From: Candidatus Dormiibacterota bacterium
GTDB taxonomy: Bacteria > Chloroflexota > Dormibacteria > Dormibacterales > Dormibacteraceae
DNA: 32,506 bases
Direction: 5' to 3'
Assembly: GCA_035689585.1 (NCBI GenBank)
Contig: DASSLJ010000066.1
Location: forward strand, 1 to 32,506
Within the stretch, counting starts at the first letter, position 1. Each line of letters starts with the position of its first letter. Shown here in pieces: positions 30,767 through 32,506 of this stretch. The position numbers and the translations under genes are program-made. A model generated the notes under the pieces. That model searched no databases and had not been told where the DNA came from. It was given only the letters and a program-made list of their open reading frames with translations.

Positions 30767-30943
30767 GTGATCGCGATCGCAGGCCAGCACGTGGCGCCGA
30801 AAGACTCGGGCGGCCCGAGCCTAGAGGCGTGGCAGGTGATCAACCTGATCGGCGCCCCGCTTCTCGCGCTGATCTTCGTGCGGCCTGTGATCGACGACCT
30901 GAAGGGCTGGTGGGCCGCCCGAAGGACGACCCACCTCGACTGA
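30767..30943 (+). CDS. possible small membrane protein; start codon unresolved
   Basis: The tail of ORF 30473..30943 past the DUF892 stop has high GC3 and encodes two hydrophobic helices (VVLLLAFLTTVIAIAG, VINLIGAPLLALIFV). The first canonical start is the GTG at 30767, which would truncate helix 1. A CTG at 30743 would retain it. Confidence 0.3.
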   Translation: MIAIAGQHVAPKDSGGPSLEAWQVINLIGAPLLALIFVRPVIDDLKGWWAARRTTHLD

Positions 30944-30951
30944 ACGGCTGA

Positions 30952-32067
30952 CTAGGTAACGACGATTCCTTCCTGGCTTCCGCCGTCGGGCACCGCCACC
31001 ACCTGAACCGGCGTGAGCGCGCCACCCGCGCCGACGCTGAAAACGTGCACGGTGCTCGAAAGCCCGCTCTGCACATAGAGGAACTCGCCGGCGGCGGTCG
31101 AGTCGGTCGCGCCGGGGATGTTGGACGCAGCGACTGGATTCACCAGCATCACAGAACCATTGCCGAGAACATCGAACTGGCTGATGTCGTTGCTTCCGGT
31201 ATTGGACGCGTACTGGAAGCCGTGAGCCTCGGTGATCCAGCAAAGAGCCATCTGGTTGTCACTGGCCGGGGTGCTCACCGGCGTGATCGTGTTGTCAGCG
31301 TTGACGTCGAAGGTCTCCAGTGAGCTCGTGCCGGCGAAGTTCAGCACCATCCGGCCGGCGCTGTCGAACTCGAACGCAAACGGCACTCCGGCCGCTGGGT
31401 TCTTGACGGGCGCAGCCGACAGCGTGCCATCAGGGCTCACCGAGAAGATGTCGACAGTGCTGTTGATCTTCGTCGTCACGACGAGGTGGGCGCGATCCGG
31501 AGTGAAGCCGACCTGAGCAGGCGAGCTGAGAAAGAACGGCGGCGTGCTGTTCGCCAGACCGAGCGTCCGCGTCGATGCCGCGATCGGCTGCAGCTGTCCG
31601 CCAACGACCTGAAAGCCCGACACCGTGCCGGGGCCACCGGCGTTGAGAACGTAGACGAGGTTGCCCTTGAACGCGACGCTGGTCGGAAACGAGCCACCCG
31701 AAGGCAGCACCTGGTTCAGATGTAGCGTTGTGCCGCTCACCTGAAACACCGAGATGGTGTTGCTGCCCGCATTGACGCCCGCGAGCAGTCCGCCTGGAAG
31801 CTGGACGAGCGAACCGTCTGACGCGAGGGGATCCGACATCGACCCGGCCTCGCGACCGCCGAGTCCGCCGGTCGCGTAGCTGTTCTGGAACGTCAACGTG
31901 CCATCGCCGTTGCGCCGAAACGCATCGATGGCATTGCCGGCGGGATCGTTCGTCTGGACGAAGACGGCGTTCCCGCCCGAACCTTCTGCGCGCGCCGGCG
32001 CCGCTGCCGCAAACACGGTGGCTGCGATCGCAGCGACCACGACAAGTAACCGGACCAGACTCTTCAT
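30952..32067 (-). CDS. secreted lactonase-type (7-bladed) beta-propeller protein
   Basis: Signal peptide MKSLVRLLVVVAAIAATVFAAAAPARA/EG. Repeated blade motif x-[IV]-[SD]-x-F-x-V (ISVFQVSG, VSGFQVVG, VDIFSVSP, LETFDVNA, ISQFDVLG, VHVFSVGA). ATG at 32065-32067 with GGAGG 5 nt upstream. Confidence 0.8.
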   Translation of the reverse strand: MKSLVRLLVVVAAIAATVFAAAAPARAEGSGGNAVFVQTNDPAGNAIDAFRRNGDGTLTFQNSYATGGLGGREAGSMSDPLASDGSLVQLPGGLLAGVNAGSNTISVFQVSGTTLHLNQVLPSGGSFPTSVAFKGNLVYVLNAGGPGTVSGFQVVGGQLQPIAASTRTLGLANSTPPFFLSSPAQVGFTPDRAHLVVTTKINSTVDIFSVSPDGTLSAAPVKNPAAGVPFAFEFDSAGRMVLNFAGTSSLETFDVNADNTITPVSTPASDNQMALCWITEAHGFQYASNTGSNDISQFDVLGNGSVMLVNPVAASNIPGATDSTAAGEFLYVQSGLSSTVHVFSVGAGGALTPVQVVAVPDGGSQEGIVVT

Positions 32068-32165
32068 ACACGCCTCCTTGCGGGAAATTCGCAAACCACG
32101 CTGTCGCAGGCGTGTCTCCGGAAGGTGACGGCCGGTCACACTGCCGACACAAATAGACGAAAGGT

Positions 32166-32506
32166 CTAAGAAGCCGCCGGCAGGCTGAACCAGAACCGCG
32201 TCTCGTGACCGTCGGAGTCGACACCGACGCGCCCACCGGACGCTTCGACCAGTTGCTTGACGATGGCAAGCCCGATTCCCGCGCCGCCACGCGAGGCGTC
32301 ACGCGATTTGTCGACGCGATAGAACCGCTCGAAGACATGCGCCAGATCCGCCGCAGGAATCCCATCACCCGTGTTCGTCACCGAGACCGTCACGGTCCGC
32401 CGCGAATCCGCCGCTCTGACCGATGCGTGGCCGCCGCGGGGCGTATACCGCGCCGCGTTCTGAAGCAGGTTCGCGAGCACCTGCGCCACACCGTCCGGTT
32501 CGGCGC
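32166..32506 (-). CDS. sensor histidine kinase, C-terminal HATPase_c domain (5' end outside the window)
   Basis: N-box LLQNAARYTP, G1 NTGDGI, F-box FERFYR, G2 GGAGIGLAIVK. The frame stays open to the window edge. Confidence 0.85.
   Translation of the reverse strand, partial: AEPDGVAQVLANLLQNAARYTPRGGHASVRAADSRRTVTVSVTNTGDGIPAADLAHVFERFYRVDKSRDASRGGAGIGLAIVKQLVEASGGRVGVDSDGHETRFWFSLPAAS

Noticed and set aside
30720-30770. -1 frameshift fusing DUF892 to the downstream TM segment
   Set aside because: I saw no slippery heptamer or stimulatory structure at the junction. DUF892 proteins are normally soluble and end about here. I kept this only as a low-probability alternative in the finding on the start-less ORF.
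32097-32139. Two short hairpins (CACGC-N8-GCGTG at 32097-32114; GTGAC-GGCCG-GTCAC at 32125-32139) between the histidine kinase stop and the propeller start
   Set aside because: The stems are only 5 bp and there is no U-tract. They may contribute to termination but are too weak to call as features.
29751-32368. ORFs 29751..30584 (-) and 31430..32368 (-), 277 and 312 aa
   Set aside because: They are antisense or out of frame to AI-2E/DUF892 and to the beta-propeller gene. They have no motifs and a low-complexity composition.
1-32506. Looked for CRISPR arrays, IS/transposase or integrase genes, phage modules, tRNA/rRNA genes, toxin-antitoxin families, and defence or biosynthetic cluster cores
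   Set aside because: None found. The only repeats are short intergenic palindromes in one or two copies per site, which is not a repeat-spacer array. No recombinase-like ORF exists in any frame, and there is no compositional island. The AT-rich patches are short promoter-sized segments.

Overview
GC-rich (roughly two-thirds G+C by eye), very tightly packed chromosomal segment from a high-GC bacterium. The gene style (frequent GTG starts, GTGA/ATGA start-stop overlaps, GGAGG-type RBS) looks Actinobacteria- or Chloroflexi-like, but I cannot assign a taxon from sequence alone. I support about 38 protein-coding genes, in window order:
- a tal / ABC ATPase / two ABC-2 permeases / GGT operon
- a PaaI thioesterase
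- an eRF1-fold (baeRF-like) protein
- a PRC-barrel-like protein
- a metallophosphoesterase preceded by two tiny ORFs
- a nitroreductase
- a MurI-family protein that contains no cysteine at all
- a SUOX-type molybdoenzyme overlapping an MbfA-type ferritin-VIT1 iron exporter
- a very acidic orphan protein
- an alpha/beta hydrolase
- HtpX overlapping a NIPSNAP-like gene
- a secreted Asp-box (BNR) protein
- a HAD hydrolase
- a CBS-containing M50 protease
- glutamate dehydrogenase plus a small helical ORF
- an MFS(DHA2)-TetR-NUDIX operon with a clear inverted-repeat operator
- an ABC1/UbiB kinase
- a TreT-like GT4 / cupin / DUF72 operon
- an MmgE/PrpD - DUF2461 pair
- an AI-2E transporter
- DUF892
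- a secreted lactonase-type beta-propeller
- the 3' end of a sensor histidine kinase

I saw no rRNA or tRNA genes, CRISPR array, transposase, integrase, phage genes, or recognisable defence or biosynthetic core. The window reads as core-like chromosome rather than an accessory island, so I do not claim a confident novel system.

The most unusual observations are:
1. The cysteine-free Ser/Ser MurI homologue.
2. The bacterial eRF1-like protein with GGQ replaced by GGT.
3. A family of TTTGGC|GCCAAA-type palindromes that occurs only in intergenic DNA, twice as doublets spaced 42-43 bp.
4. Several translationally coupled gene pairs whose partnership is not explained by known pathways: cytoplasmic GGT with an ABC-2 exporter, SUOX enzyme with MbfA, and HtpX with NIPSNAP.

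Many long ORFs in the six-frame track are GC-driven shadow frames or 5' over-extensions and were rejected.
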